A stretch of 64,000 bases of DNA from Salpingoeca rosetta. Its lineage: Eukaryota; Protista; Choanoflagellata. Where the stretch lies: positions 853,947 to 917,946 of the forward strand of contig JAWQFM010000017.1 in NCBI GenBank assembly GCA_033442325.1, written 5' to 3'. Under the pieces are notes generated by a model. That model saw nothing but the letters and a program-made list of their open reading frames with translations. It was not told the origin of the DNA and made no database searches. The translations under genes were made by a program, and so were the position numbers. Shown here in pieces: positions 43,027-60,357 of the stretch (positions are counted from its first letter, which is position 1; the number at the start of each line of letters is the position of its first letter).

Positions 43027-44786
43027 CTACAGCTGGGAGATTTGGCCCGACAGGACGCGGTCTTGAAGCCGCTGCATCACACGCGCCGTCTTGCGCTGCT
43101 TGATGTACTTGTAGTGCGGGGCATGCACACCCTGCTGCTGCTGCTGCTGTTGGTCGTGGTGATGATGATGATAATGGTGGTGGTGGTGGTGGTGGCCGTG
43201 GTGCTGGCGCTGCAGCCCTGCAACAGGCGAGGAAGGGCAGGCGGGGGAACCAGGCGACACGGGGCGAGAGCGGGTGGCGCTGCCCGCACGCACAGCAGAG
43301 GGCGATGCCGGCGTGTGTGCTCGCGAAGACGGTGATGGTGACGGTGACGGTGACGGTGACGGTGATGGCGATGTGCATGTGGGTGACAGGTCCACACGCC
43401 CGCCGCTCTCACTCGACACAATCACGCGGAACCGGTGCCCACCATCCTCCACACGCTGCTGCTGCTGTTGTTGTTGGGTGCGTTGGAGGCGGTGTGCAGT
43501 CTTTGGCGACACGACGGAGGTGACGGTTGCACCACCCTCACGCCGCTGCAGCAGCTCAACCTGACTCGACCCAATACCATCATCCGCATCGTGCTCGTCC
43601 AGACAGAGGCCATCATCACCACCATCATCATCATCATCACCACCAGCACTGGCGTCTCGTTTGCTGGCACCACGGACAAGAACAGCATCGCCACCGTTCG
43701 CGTCGTCGTCATCGTCGTAGAATACGCTCGAACGCACGTGCGCGTCTTCGTCTGCTTCGAAACACGTGGAAAGAACGCCAACCTGCGGACCACTGGCACT
43801 GCCGCCATGGGACAGGGGCATTCGTCGCATTGCCGATGGGTTGGTCACATTGTTGCTAATTTTGGTGGTGTTGGTGATGGCTGGCTGCTGCGGTACGTGC
43901 CTACACACCATCCCCTCCTCCGGCATGAACAGCGTGTTGCGGTTGCTGCTGGTCAGGCTGCCTGTGCCGCTGCTGCTGCGTGCGGACGACACCACGCGCG
44001 GCTGCTTTGGCTGTTGTTGCTGCTGCTGTGGCCGTGTAAACGCACTGCCTGCGCCGACATCCCCACGCGAGAGGGCGCCTTCGCTCACCACGCTCCGCAT
44101 GTTGCCGCCAACACCAGGCGACGACGACAAAGACAGGGACGCAGGTGTTGCCTCGTGCTGCAAGCCCGACGATCCAGCCCTCACATTGTTGGCGCTGCGG
44201 GACCCTACCTGCATGCCAACACCAACACCAACACCGACACCACTGCCGCCAATACCACCGCTCTTGCGCCGGGTGCCGGCTAGCCTGCGCCGTCCGGTCG
44301 ACGACGATGGGCGACTGGCATTGACGCTGAGATGGCCGTTGGCTGTAGCAAACACGCTGTTGCACGCGCTGCTGCAGGTGCTGGCGGTGCTGCTGGGCAC
44401 GCCGAGGCTGTTCACGCTGCCCATCGTGCTGTGCGTGGTGGCAAAGTGGGCGTGGTTGAGCGGTGTTGGCGTGGACGTTGCTGACCCTGCCACGCTGTCG
44501 CGCGTGCTGCGGCCAGCACTGAACACGGACATGCAGTCAGCATCGTCCTCCTCCTCTTCATCATCGTCGGTGTTGATGTTGGCATACAGCGGCCCGTCAG
44601 AGGCGATGGTGTCGTTGCTGCTGCCGTTGCACAGCGGTGCTGTCATGCTCTCATTGCTGCCCTCGTTGCTCGTGCGCGCGGTTGTGTTTGATCGCAGCGG
44701 CGACGAGCGGCGTCGGACCTGGTGCACTGCTGCTCCCGCTGCCAACGCCAATGCCGGTGGCGATGCTGACGACGCTGGCGCAAACA

Positions 44787-44834
<48 letters not shown>

Positions 44835-47601
44835 GGTTGTTGTTGTTGTGGTTCTTGGCGTTACTGTTGCCGGCGTTGGGTGTGGTGGTGAAAGCGCTGC
44901 TGCCAATCTGATCGCGCCGCATGAGACGGGCGGCAACAGCGGCCTTCCCCTCCTGCCGCAGTGGTGTTGCAGCTGGCGTCGCGCTCGCAGTCACGCGCAT
45001 GGTGTTGGTCACGCCATCGCACTCCCGCAAGAGATGCGGGTGATCAAAGGGCTGGAGTGCCTCTGTGCCAAAGCGCTCCGTCCACGCGTGTGTGTACAGC
45101 TGCGCCGTCGTTGCTCGCTGCGTCTCGTCCTTGTTCAGCATGCGGTGGAGCAGGTCAAGCGCCTCGCTCGACAGCGGGCGGCGCAGGTGGTGGTCGCTGA
45201 AGTCGATGGGCTGCTTCTGGATCACGTTGTAAATCTCAAACGCCGTTGCCCCTGAAAATGGTGTGCGGCCAAACAGGAAGCAGTACAGCGTGGCCCCAAG
45301 CGCCCACACGTCCACCAGTCGCGCGTCAAAGCCAGTGGTGGAGGCGGTGGCACGCACGCACTCCGGCGCCATAAACGCAGGCGTGCCCTGCGTGTTGTGC
45401 AGCACGAAGCCCTCCTCGTCAATGTCAAACATGTGCGAGACGCCAAAGTCGGTGATCTTGATGGTGTCATCGCTCATCAGCAGCAGGTTCGACGGCTTCA
45501 TGTCGCGGTGCACGATGCGTTGGTGGTGGAGGTAGGACAGGCCCTGCAGTGCCTGTCGGAAGTACGTGCATGCACGTCCCTCGCCAAGCGGCTTCACGTC
45601 GTCTGGCTTTGACATGTCCATGACGGGTCCTTTGGGCAGCAGTTCCATCACCATGTACACAATGTCGTGTGCTGGGTCGTTGATCACCTCGTACAACTGC
45701 ACAATGAGCTTGTGGTTGATGTGCTTGAGAAGCTCAATCTCACGATCCAGCTCGCTCATGTTCGCAGTCGTGGTCACGTGGTTGTTGTTGACGCTGGATG
45801 GGATGCAGCCACTGCTGATGTGGCGCTTTGCGCGCGACGCGGCTGGTGTCAACTGGCTGTTGCGGTTGCTGTTGTTGCTGCTGTTGTCGTTGTTGTCGTT
45901 GTTGGTGCTGTCTGGGCGTGGTGAGGCCGGCGTGCTTGTGTACGCGGGCTTGCTGCCCCTCGGGGTGGGCGGTGCCCGGCGGCAAAACGTCAAGCGGCGC
46001 ATCCTGCGTTTCGAAATGCACTTGACAGCGCACACCTGGTTGGTGTTCACGTCGCGCGCCAGGCGCACGGTGCCAAACGCGCCCTTGCCCAGCAGCTTGA
46101 ACATGCGATACTGATTCACCTGCTCAATGTCCTCGCGCTTGATGGCGTTGACGCGGTCCGTCTCGATGGTGGAAGACCGCTGCCGCATCTCAAGACTCGA
46201 CCGCCCGGCCTTCTTCTCTGCAGGTGTCATGGACAGCGTGTAGCTCCTGTCCTCCGCTGCACGTGCGCGGTGATGGTTCACAAGGCGGTTCACAGCTGCA
46301 GGCTTTGCCGCGCCGTGACCACTGCTGTTGCTGCAGTTGTCGACCATGTTTTGTTGTTCCTGTTCTTGGTCTTGCTGCGCCTGCTGTTGCTGTTGCTCTT
46401 GTTGCTGCTCCTGTTCCTGTTCTTTGCAGTGCTCTTGGTCTTCTTGTTGTTGTTGCTGCTGCTGCTTCTGCTTCTGGTTGATGTGCGCCGAAGGTGTTGG
46501 CGATGAAAACGAGGACGACGACGATGGGGCGTTGGGTGCAATGGCCCGCGGCTTGTGCACCTCGTGAAGCAGCGTGTTCGGCGTGCGTGCACGCATGTTG
46601 GTGGCAGCGGCAGCGGCGTGATGGTGATGTCGCTGTTGTTGTTGTTGTTGTTGTTGCTGTTGTTGTTGTTGCTGGTGGTGGTGGTGGTGGTGAACGTTGG
46701 CAGTGGATGCAAAGTGCGGGTGGTACGGGGACGGCGATGGCGCAACGGACGAAGATGGGGTCGATGCCATCGACGAGCAGCTGCATGTTGTGGACGGAAA
46801 CGACGCAGCACGTGCCGTCATCATCATCGTCATTGGCACCGCGTGGTGGCGATTGTTTTCTTGTTGGTGGTGTTGGTGGTAGTGTTGGTGGTGCGGTTGG
46901 TGGCTGACGTCGTCACTGTGCGCTGGCGCGAGCAGCTGTGTGCTGGAGGATGATGGTGATGATGACGATGACGATGAGCACAGGTGCGCGTGTGAGGTGG
47001 CGGCAGCTATGCTCACGGCATGCGCATCTTCATTCTGCTGTGCGTGCAGCTTGCAGCCCGCGCTGCGGAGTTTGGAGCTGAGCATATGCATGTCTGCAAA
47101 CACATGCGGCTCCTCCTGCTGTGCGGGTGCAGTGTCGCTTCTGCTTTGGCTGCCGCTGTGTGTCGATGGGGATGATGCCGACCGAGACAGGGCGGCCGCC
47201 GTGCGTGAGAGCTGCGCCCATCGCAGCGCAGATTCCTTTGCTGTGGCGCGCTTGCGCGCGTACACCTGGCGTGACGCAGATGGTGTTGACGATGGCGCGT
47301 CTGGCTGGTGGCGTTGTTGTTGCTGTTGCTGTTGCTGTTGTTGAAGAGAGGATGGAGGGGAGAAAGTGAGGGGTGCGCTGTCGTTGTGCTGTGCAACGAG
47401 GGCACAAATCTTTTCCTGCTGCTGCGATGTGTTGCTGCTGCTGTTGTTGTTGCTGCTCTTGGGCATATTGGGTGTGGTGTTGTCGCCAGCGCTGCTGCAG
47501 TTGCTGTTGAATGAGGATGAGGGGAAGAAGGCGAGCTTCGATGTGCTTGTGCGTCTTGATGGGGAAACGTTCTTGCTCTCCAAGTCTCCTCTCGCGTACA
47601 T
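43027..47601 (-). CDS. CAMKK: Ca2+/calmodulin-dependent kinase kinase-like Ser/Thr kinase (single 1524-aa ORF, low-complexity flanks)
   Basis: NQYRMFKLLGKGAFGTV, AVKCISK, R/P-rich insert, REIELLK, LYEVINDP..D.VYMV, HRDMKPSN, DFG, GTPAFMAPE, DVWALG. Confidence 0.85.
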
Positions 47602-47815
47602 GGCTCAATCTCGGAGAGGCGGGGAGGAGGGAAATGGACGTGGCTGGTGCACGTACGTATGTCTGGGAAAAGGGATCTGGACGAAGAAGTGGGATTGGGG
47701 GAGACAGGGGGGGGGGGAAGAGAAGAGAAGAGGGGATGGGAGAAGGTGGTGCAAAAGTGTAAAGGTGTAACGTCGTCGGTCAGTAAGATCGTGTGCGCGC
47801 GAGAGAGACACGAGT

Positions 47816-47918
<103 letters not shown>

Positions 47919-49768
47919 GTGTGTGTCTGTGCGCGTGTGCGCGCGTGTGTGTGCGTGTGCGCGTGTGTGCGGTGTGCCAGAACGGAGGGCGAGCAAGACC
48001 CGTTGATGTGAGGGATACGCGTACCCAACAAGGAAGCGAGGGTCAGAAAGATTATAAGACGCAGACGAATGGTTGGTTGCGGTAACACAAGGTGGTTGGT
48101 TGAATGGTTGGTTGGTGGGTTGCAAGGAAGGTGTTTGTTTGTGTGCGTTTGATTGTCGTCGTGATGGAGGAGGAAAGATGCTCGTGCAGAGGAGAATGGC
48201 AAAGGGAGGCGGGAATGCGATTCGGCAACACACAGACATACACATACACACACACACACAGACATAGGCACACGCACCCAACTGCCCCAACACCGCTCAT
48301 GACCTGGCACGATGCCAAGGAAGACCTACCAGTGAGTGGTGGCGTATGGCGATGTGAAGAAGGAAGGGAGGTGTGATTAGAGTGCGAGTGGAGAACGCGA
48401 CGATGGCTTGAGTATGGGTTGGCACTCGTGGTGAATAGTTTATGAGCGAATGCGAGTGTGGTGTTGTTGCTGTTGGCGTCGTCGTTGCGACTGTGTCACC
48501 CACCAAGCACGCGTGTTGCTTATTGTTCCCCAAGAACAAAAAAACTGAGGAGGGTGCTTGTGCTGCTGGTTGGTACTGGAAGCAGTGCTGCTTGTGGGCG
48601 CGCTCGTGCTTGTCAGCCTTTGAGACGGCCAGTGCCGCGCATACCAGGCAAGGACCAATGCGCGCGCGCGTTCAGAAACAGCAGTTCAGAAGCAGCAGTT
48701 CAGAAGCAGTTCGGGAGGAATTGTGGGAATGCTCTTCGTGCTTTGGATGCCACAGGCAAGTTGGCAGTATGTAGTGAGCAAGGGCGATAAGGTGTCGCTG
48801 CTGTTGTTCTTGCTTGCTAATTTGTAGGCGAAAATGGCTTGTTGGCTGGTTTGCTGGTGGGTGATGGTGGAATGGCATCAACGCATGGCACTCCAGCAAT
48901 GGCTGCGATTGCCTGGCTGGTGGTGGCTTCCTTCGAGGTTGCACTGCATCCCCCAACCACGCCAAAACATGCGATTGGTTGTGTCTGGCCAGGAAAAAGG
49001 CGAGAAGTGGGCAGAAGACCGATGTTGCTTCAAGGACATCCAAAAATTGGGAAAATCAATAAATAACATACAGCAATTATCCTCAAGACCACATCTTGCC
49101 TTGAATGTCTTGACTAGTGGCGTTGGTCAGGGGGCGCGCTTGCACGAGAACGCCGGGTGACGTGAACGACTGACCGGCGTGACACTTGTTTGCTTGGGGG
49201 AAAGGAAAAACAGGCAGGCGCACGGACACACGAGCGCGCGTGTGCGTGTCTCGTGAGAACGTGCACAAATGGGGTTGGCTTTGTTTGGCTGAGAGTTTAG
49301 TGGGGAACAGTTTACGTCAGCGTTGTGTGATTGATGTGACGTTGCGGTTGGCCGTGGTGTGTGTGTGTGTGTGTGGCTTTGTTGACGTCATTCGGGCGGC
49401 ATGTGTCTTGCTTGCATGCAGGATGACGTGATGACTGTTGCTGACTGACCAAAAGCGGATGATGATGATGACAGCTCACATTCAGATGATGTATGTATTT
49501 GCAAGATGCAAGCTGCTCTAGCGCTTGCACATTAGTGTGTTCTGTTCAGTTGTGGTTGGTTTGGCTCACGCTTCCTGGAGTTGACTTGTCACGCAAGTCG
49601 ATTCTCTTTAAACAATCTGCTCACGCAGCGAATGTGTCGTTAGGAAAAATACGGGTTGGAGAGAAAGGAATGGGGGGGGGGAAGGGGAGGAGGGTGACGG
49701 CAATCGTAATCGTAGGCGATAATGACACACAAGGGAAAAGCACACACACATACACATACACTACACAC

Positions 49769-49804
<36 letters not shown>

Positions 49805-49896
49805 GCACACGCACACGCACACACACGCTGAAAAACAACCACAGCAGCTTGGCGGGTCATGCAGCCTGGCCTGCCCAAGTGCACAACAGCGTCGCG

Positions 49897-50180
49897 TCAC
49901 GCGTCGGCCTTGAGCTGACGGGTGGAGAGCTTGACTTGCTCCCCAGGCTTGAAGGCCGGCATCCCAAGATACGGGCACGTCGCACACCGGAACGCGTCCC
50001 CAAGATAGCACTGTGTGTGTGTATGTGTGTGTGTAGTGTGTGTGTATGTGTGTGTGTGTGTGTATGTGTGTGTGTAGTGTGTGTGTGTGTGATGTGATGT
50101 GACGTTTGCAACAAGCACAGGCAGGACGCAGAAGAAAGGCCAGCAACAACGCCAACAGAGAAGAAAACCAACACGTACTG

Positions 50181-50225
<45 letters not shown>

Positions 50226-50424
50226 TACACACACACACACACACGAGCACAACAAGTCCTCCCCTCGGGCCCTTACGTTGCCGCAGGACGAAGCAGCGAC
50301 GGGTGCGGCTGTGTCGTTGGGCGCGCTGTCCTCGGCTGCTGCATCAGCGCGGCCGCACGTGCAGTTCTTGCACGCCTTTCGCGACCCGCCCGTCACCTCG
50401 CAGTCATCCCCTACAAAGGCGTGC

Positions 50425-50487
<63 letters not shown>

Positions 50488-52421
50488 GTGACAACAAGCG
50501 AGAGCATGATGTGCTGTGAGTGCAATGCGGATGAAGCGAAAGGTGATCGAAACGCACACAAGTCCCCAAACACACACGCACACGCACACAGACACAAGCT
50601 GGCAGGTAGCATGGGGAGTACGTACGTTCTGGCGCTGTGGACGCCATTGCAATGTCGACCTCATCAAGGAACTCCTCGCCGTCATCTTGGAACAGCTGCG
50701 ACCATTCGCACAATTTTCGAATGGTGCACGTCAGATGATGGTTTAACAGAGAGCCTTTGCATATTTGAAAGCACACACGCACGACGATACTTGATCCAAA
50801 CATCTGCACACTCACACGCTCACACACACACACACACACACACTGTACACATTTACAACAGCAGTTGAAGGGCACTGACATCGTCGTCGTCGCCGCCGTC
50901 AAGAGTCCACACGGCCTTGGTCTGCTCGCTCGGCGCCGGCGCTGTTCGGTGGTCGGTGGTGGAAGCAACGTTGAAGCAACGAGGGGGGAGGGGGTCGAGT
51001 GAGTGATGATGCAACCATCAAGCAGCACGCATGCAACGCGCACACACACACACACACATACACACACATACACACACATGGAGCAACACATGCAACACAC
51101 ACACACACACACATATGCAACACACACACACATATTCACCATGTAAGCACGCCAAGTACATCAGACCTTTCTTGCCAAAGGAAAGCTTGAGCTGCGCGGA
51201 CGAGCCCACCGCGTAGTCGGGTGTGCTGCACGACGCCTGCCAAGGAGTGCGGGAATGTTGTGTTGGTGAGTGCATGTGCATGTGTGAAGGAACGTAGGCA
51301 CAACATGAGGGCAAACGCAACAAGTAAGCCATCAAATGGCACAACGACACTCTACGACGCTCTTGCTGTTGCAGGAACGAGAAGAGCCGATGCGCACCTT
51401 GACGCCGCCCACGTCTGCGCTGGTTGTGGACACATCGACAAAGCCCGCAAACTTGAGGGCCGCCGCAACATCGTCGGCAGAGCGGCCTAGAACGATGAGG
51501 CACACCACAACCGCATGAGCAAAGGTGTGACGATGACGACAGCTATAAGACAAGCGGTGGAGTGGCGACGAAAAGCAAAAGTGCACACACACAGACACAG
51601 ATACAGACACACAGACACAGACACACACGCGCACACAAATGCACACAGACACACACGCACACACAAATGCACACACAACCGCACACACAACCGCACACAC
51701 GAGTAAACACACACACACACACACTCAAGTGCACGCACGAACACGCAGGCAAACGAGTGCTTACCTGCGTTCTCGCAGACGTGAACCTTGCCGGCAGCGA
51801 TGGCGGCTTTGGCGAGAGCAGAGAGCTGCTCACTAGTGTACGTGGTAGTGCAAGCGATGGGGAACCCGCACAGCACCACGTCATATGACGCCGCACTCAA
51901 GGATGCTGAACACAAAGGGAGAGCGAGAGGAGAATGGAGCGCGAGAGGGAGAGGGTGAGCGGCAAGCGTTCTAAGCTTGGCACATATACACACACAGATA
52001 CGCACATATACAAACAGACAGACAGGCACGCACGCACACACATACAAGCAGACAGACAGGCAGGCACACACACATACGTACACACAGACACACCTGATGA
52101 GAGGGAGTCTTGTGGTTGGAGGGTGACGTTGCCATCTGCACCCACGACATCACGCAGCTGCGCTGCAAGCGCATCCACGGCCTCCTGAGAGGCACCAGCG
52201 CTCGTCTGCACACACGCCAAAGAGCACGTCGACAGGCGTTGCGAACATCGACAGCAGCAACAGCAGCAGTAGCAAGTCAGCGATGACGATCGAAGTGCTG
52301 GTGTTTTGCATTACAAAAAAGCACGTTGATGCACACATTGTGCACACGCGCGCAGAGGTCGCTTCTTGTCGGTACGCACCACGAGCAGGACGCGCTGGCC
52401 TTGGGCGACGTGAGATGCCAT
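49897..52421 (-). CDS. CIAPIN1: Anamorsin / Dre2 (cytosolic Fe-S cluster assembly factor)
   Basis: N-terminal methyltransferase-like part ([17 protein letters not shown]); Cys motifs [18 protein letters not shown] and SSCGN|[24 protein letters not shown]. Confidence 0.93.
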
Positions 52422-52776
52422 CGTGTGTGAAAGCAGGCGAGAAGAGGGACGAAGAGGAACAGAGACGCTTGGCAGACAATGGAGGGAGGGGAGGTGATCT
52501 GATGTGAGACTGGAGATCTGAGCTGGTGCTGGTGGTGCTGGTTTTGGCGTTGTTGTTGTCGTGGCTGCTGCTGTCTTGACGCAATTATGGTGTCATCTAT
52601 TGCGGTGGATTGTCGAGTGCGCATTAAATTACCTGTAATTTCCGTGCGAATCGTAGACAGCCCATTTGAACCACACACAGGCAACTCGCAGCAACAAGAG
52701 AGAGCCAAGACACGAGACACACCACCTTCCACACACACACACACACACACACACATACATACACAGCGTCTGCATC

Positions 52777-52986
52777 ATGTCTGGGTACGGCAGCTACGGT
52801 GGTTCCTCGTCGTACGGCTCTTCGCCTTCCTTTGACAGCGGCCCCAGCAGCTTTGGCGGCGACTCGCAACCACAGCAGCGCGTCTCCCGCGACGAGCTCG
52901 AGCAGCAGGTGTGATGATGTGTGCATCGCGTGCATGTGGTGTCTCAGTGAGGATGGTGGTGTTGGGCACGTTATGTGCGTGCGTGC

Positions 52987-53029
<43 letters not shown>

Positions 53030-53077
53030 TGTGCATGTGTGCATGTGGTGTGTGTGCATGTGTGCATCACGTGTGAC

Positions 53078-53124
<47 letters not shown>

Positions 53125-53833
53125 GGGTGCTGTGGGTAGCTGAGCGCTCACCAACACCAACTTTGTGATGGGAACACGTGCAGCTCCAGCAGCAGATTGC
53201 CGTGAGCCAGACACAGGTCCTCATGCAGGTGAGGCACCGGCCTTGATTCGCCTCTTGCATGTTTGTGAATGGATGGGCGAACGGGTTGTTGAGTGGGTGG
53301 GCGGGAAAGGCGCTGTCTTGCGCTGCTTGCTGTTGCTTATTGCTGCTTGTGTGAACGTTGTTGGTGTGGTTACATTTATTGCTTGCTGGCGGAGTGTTGC
53401 GTGTTGATAGCTGCGCGCTCACTCTAACTCACACGACAAATGCCCATGACGTCCATCTTGCTGTGACATGACAGCGCATGTCGGAGACCTGCTTTGCCAA
53501 GTGCGTCACCAAGCCATCCAGCACGCTCTCCTCCTCAGATAAGGTGTGCTACAGAAGAGTGGATGTGTCACCGGTTGATGCGTGAACGTCATTAACACTG
53601 AAGTCACTGTCACACCTATATTGTGGAGTCCCATGTGCTGCTTCCTCCTTCCGCATGTGGTTGCTGCAAAGATGGTAACGCTGGTTGCCGTCCCCCCTCC
53701 CTCACCCATGCCCCACCTCACTCCATACACATGCTGTCTCCTTCAGAACTGCATCACGCGGTGTGCGGACCGGTACTTTGAGGCGTTTGCGCAGGTGCAG
53801 CGCTCGTACCTCGAGGCCCTCCAGCACCAGTAA
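52777..53833 (+). CDS. TIM13: Mitochondrial intermembrane-space small Tim chaperone (Tim13-like), 4 exons
   Basis: Spliced ...LQQQIAVSQTQVLMQ|RMSETCFAKCVTKPSSTLSSSDK|NCITRCADRYFEAF; twin CX3C. Confidence 0.85.
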
Positions 53834-54432
53834 TTGCACCCGTGCCAATATGCGCAAGGCAAACATGAGCCCCGTGTGTGTGCTTGCGCATGTGTATGCA
53901 TGAACACATGCAAGCACGCGCAAGCTGGTGCATGTGCTTGTTATCTGTTGTAGCCTTTGTAGTGATGTGACAAGGTGGTGTGAAGTTGGGTGCATGGGAT
54001 TGGAGAGAGACACTGTGTGCGTGTGTGAGTGAGATTGAGGTGCGTAGGTCAGCGAGCCTTTGTCTGTGCGGTGTCTGCATTGACTGTGACTTGTTGTGAT
54101 GATTCGAGTACAAGACCGACAACAACAACAAGCAAGCAAGCAAGAAGCAAGGAGGGACAAACAAAACAACAGCCAGAAGAAGAACAGTGGAGTTGCCACA
54201 CTTCAACATAATCATCACACAACAACCAAAACAACAACAACAACGAAGCAACAACAGTGACAACCAGCTGTGGAACTTGGAGGGGCCAGAGAACGATAAG
54301 GGAAGGGAGGCCCAAAGGATAGCGGAGAGTCCAGCACGCACGCAGATCGCAGCACCTCGTACACAGTACACAGCGGACACTTGCCTCACACACGCACACA
54401 CACGCACACACATACAGACGCAGTGCAGTGCC

Positions 54433-57926
<3,494 letters not shown>

Positions 57927-58437
57927 CATCCGCGCCACGTCATTGGTGCCAACACGTGTGGCGTCATGTCATGTCATGCCATGCCATGTCATGATACGCC
58001 TGTTTGATGGTAGCAACACGCTTGTCCTTTCTTCTGATTATTTAGACTGCGCTCGCGCGTGAGTGTTTGTGTGCTTTGGAGGAGTAAGCAAATAAACAGC
58101 CAGCGTCTGCTATGTGCTGCTGTACTCTCAACGACGCAAACATATGCCGCGCCGCCACCCCCCTCGAGATACATGATCGTGTGGATTGATGGCTTTGTAT
58201 ATGACGATCTCGACTCGCCTACATCGATCATCTCGCCGCATCTTTATCGATGTATACATATACGCCCCTACCACATCTCTCTCTTCATTTATACACTGCT
58301 CGATCTCTCTATGATGCATATATAGATGTCGATGTAGTCGTTGCTGCTGTTGATGTTGATGTAGATGTAGATATCGATGATGGTGGTGGTAGAGGTGGTG
58401 TAGTATAATCGCATATTAGATCTCCATCTCCATAACA

Positions 58438-58537
58438 NNNNNNNNNNNNNNNNNNNNNNNNNNNNNNNNNNNNNNNNNNNNNNNNNNNNNNNNNNNNNNN
58501 NNNNNNNNNNNNNNNNNNNNNNNNNNNNNNNNNNNNN
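58438..58537. other. Assembly gap (100 N)
   Basis: Run of n. Confidence 1.
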
Positions 58538-58785
58538 CTCGTGCGCGTTCTTTTGGCCACAATAACCGGCATCTGGACCAGACAGTTGCCAGAAGCGTCC
58601 AAGGTGTTCTTTGCAAACCAACTGCGGCATGCATCAGAGCCAGCACTCGGCATTGGCAAACATCAACCATCAAAAGACACCAACAGCAGCAGCAGCAGCA
58701 GCGCGACGCCAACCACCGCGATTGTGCACCATCCCCCACGCCGCGCACCTGCGCTGATAAAAGTGATGCACTAGATGAAGACGAA
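58538..58785 (-). pseudogene. Degenerate inverted copy of GGT exon 1 end / intron 1 / exon 2 (13970-14220); pseudogene fragment or assembly artefact
   Basis: Reverse complement aligns by eye to 13970-14220 with scattered mismatches and indels; acceptor caacag reads caactg; abuts the N gap. Confidence 0.7.
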
Positions 58786-58793
58786 CACACGCA

Positions 58794-58831
<38 letters not shown>

Positions 58832-59436
58832 GCACACACACACACACACACACACGCACATACACACACAATGCACACACAATGCACAACATACGCATAC
58901 GATGCACAAGGTATCTGGCCGAGCTGACGCAATCACGACAAGTTAAAACAGCAGTCTTCATCAAGCAAAAACCATAGAGAACGACAAAAGTGGATACATA
59001 GTCAACAGCACGCACACGTGTGTGGTTCGAATAAGAGGCCTGTCAGCAGTTATCAGAGTATCATCAGCATCAAGCGAGCAACAACAGAGGCGAGGTGTGT
59101 GTGTGTGTATGTGTGTGTGTATGTGGAAAGAAGAATAGGATCACCAAAGTGGACTGTGGAGCGGTGTTCACCCGTTGGATTGGCGACAGCAAGCAAGGAT
59201 GGCTGTATCCGGCATCAACAGCAACGTGTCTTCATCAACAGCGTGTCATCACCAACATCATCATCATTGTCGTCATCGTTGTCGTCATCATCATTGTCGG
59301 CATCATTGTCTTCATCATCATCATTGTCGTTGTCATCATCATCGTCATCATCATCATTGTCGTTGTCATCATCATCGTCATCATCATCATCGCTGCCGTG
59401 GTCACCACACCATGGTCGCACCGGCCCCACAGACCA

Positions 59437-60315
59437 TCACAGGCCATCGAAGCGTGCTTTGCGCCACATGATGAGGTTGTCGCGAAGCAATTGCATAATG
59501 GCAGAGACGTCGCGGTGGTCTGCATTGCGCAATCCGTCCAGTGCCTCCAGAGCGGACTCAAACGCCTCCTCGGTCATGCGGCAGGCAAGGCCCGTGTTGC
59601 CAAGAATTTCCTTCTCAAACACAGCATAGTTCAGTACAAGGCCTGAACACACGCAGCAAATACACATGAGTGGGTTGAGGAACAAGCGGTGTGAGAAACA
59701 AACTTGAAACAAACGTGTGCCTTGTGAGCAGTGTATGTTGTGTGTAGGTGTGTTGTGGTGTGTGTGTTGTGTTGTGTTGTGTGTGTTGTGTGTGTGTGTG
59801 TGTTGTGTTGTGTTGTGTGTGTGTTGTGGTGTGTGTGTGTGTGTGTGTTGTGTGCGCAACAATCGACACAATATTGGATGACACCCATCGAGTCACGACG
59901 TTGTGTGCTCGTACCAAGGTAGTTTGGGTCTGCGGGTCCCCAGCATTCGTGGGCGAGCGTGTACGCGTTCTCATACGCGGACTTGGCCGCTTTGACTGTA
60001 TCCTGAGATGTCGCAACACACGCACATGGAGAGCATGGTGATGGCATGAGCGGATATGCAGGTGTATTCTTGGTGCCAAAGCAATGAAGTCAAACGCTCA
60101 CAGACAAACACACACGACACACATAAACAAGCAGGCAGATGGGTGTCATCATTGCAGTGGCGGTAAGTCACTCGTACCGGCATGACCGTGCCCGTGTGTC
60201 CCCAAAAGGCATCAATCTCCGCCAGGTAGCGGAAGTAATCGCCTGTTGTTCACCGCCATCACACACACACATGTGTTAAAAAGGTTGAAGTGAGTAAGTT
60301 GAAACGCCATCGCTT

Positions 60316-60357
<42 letters not shown>

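Noticed and set aside
49120-49180. Possible hairpin (gcgttggtcag ... ctgaccggcgt) as an ncRNA or tRNA
   Set aside because: Short stem with several G-U pairs and no tRNA T/D-loop consensus; expected by chance at this GC content
58100-58437. Unusual composition next to the gap
   Set aside because: Looks like low-quality contig-end sequence; no credible coding or structural signal
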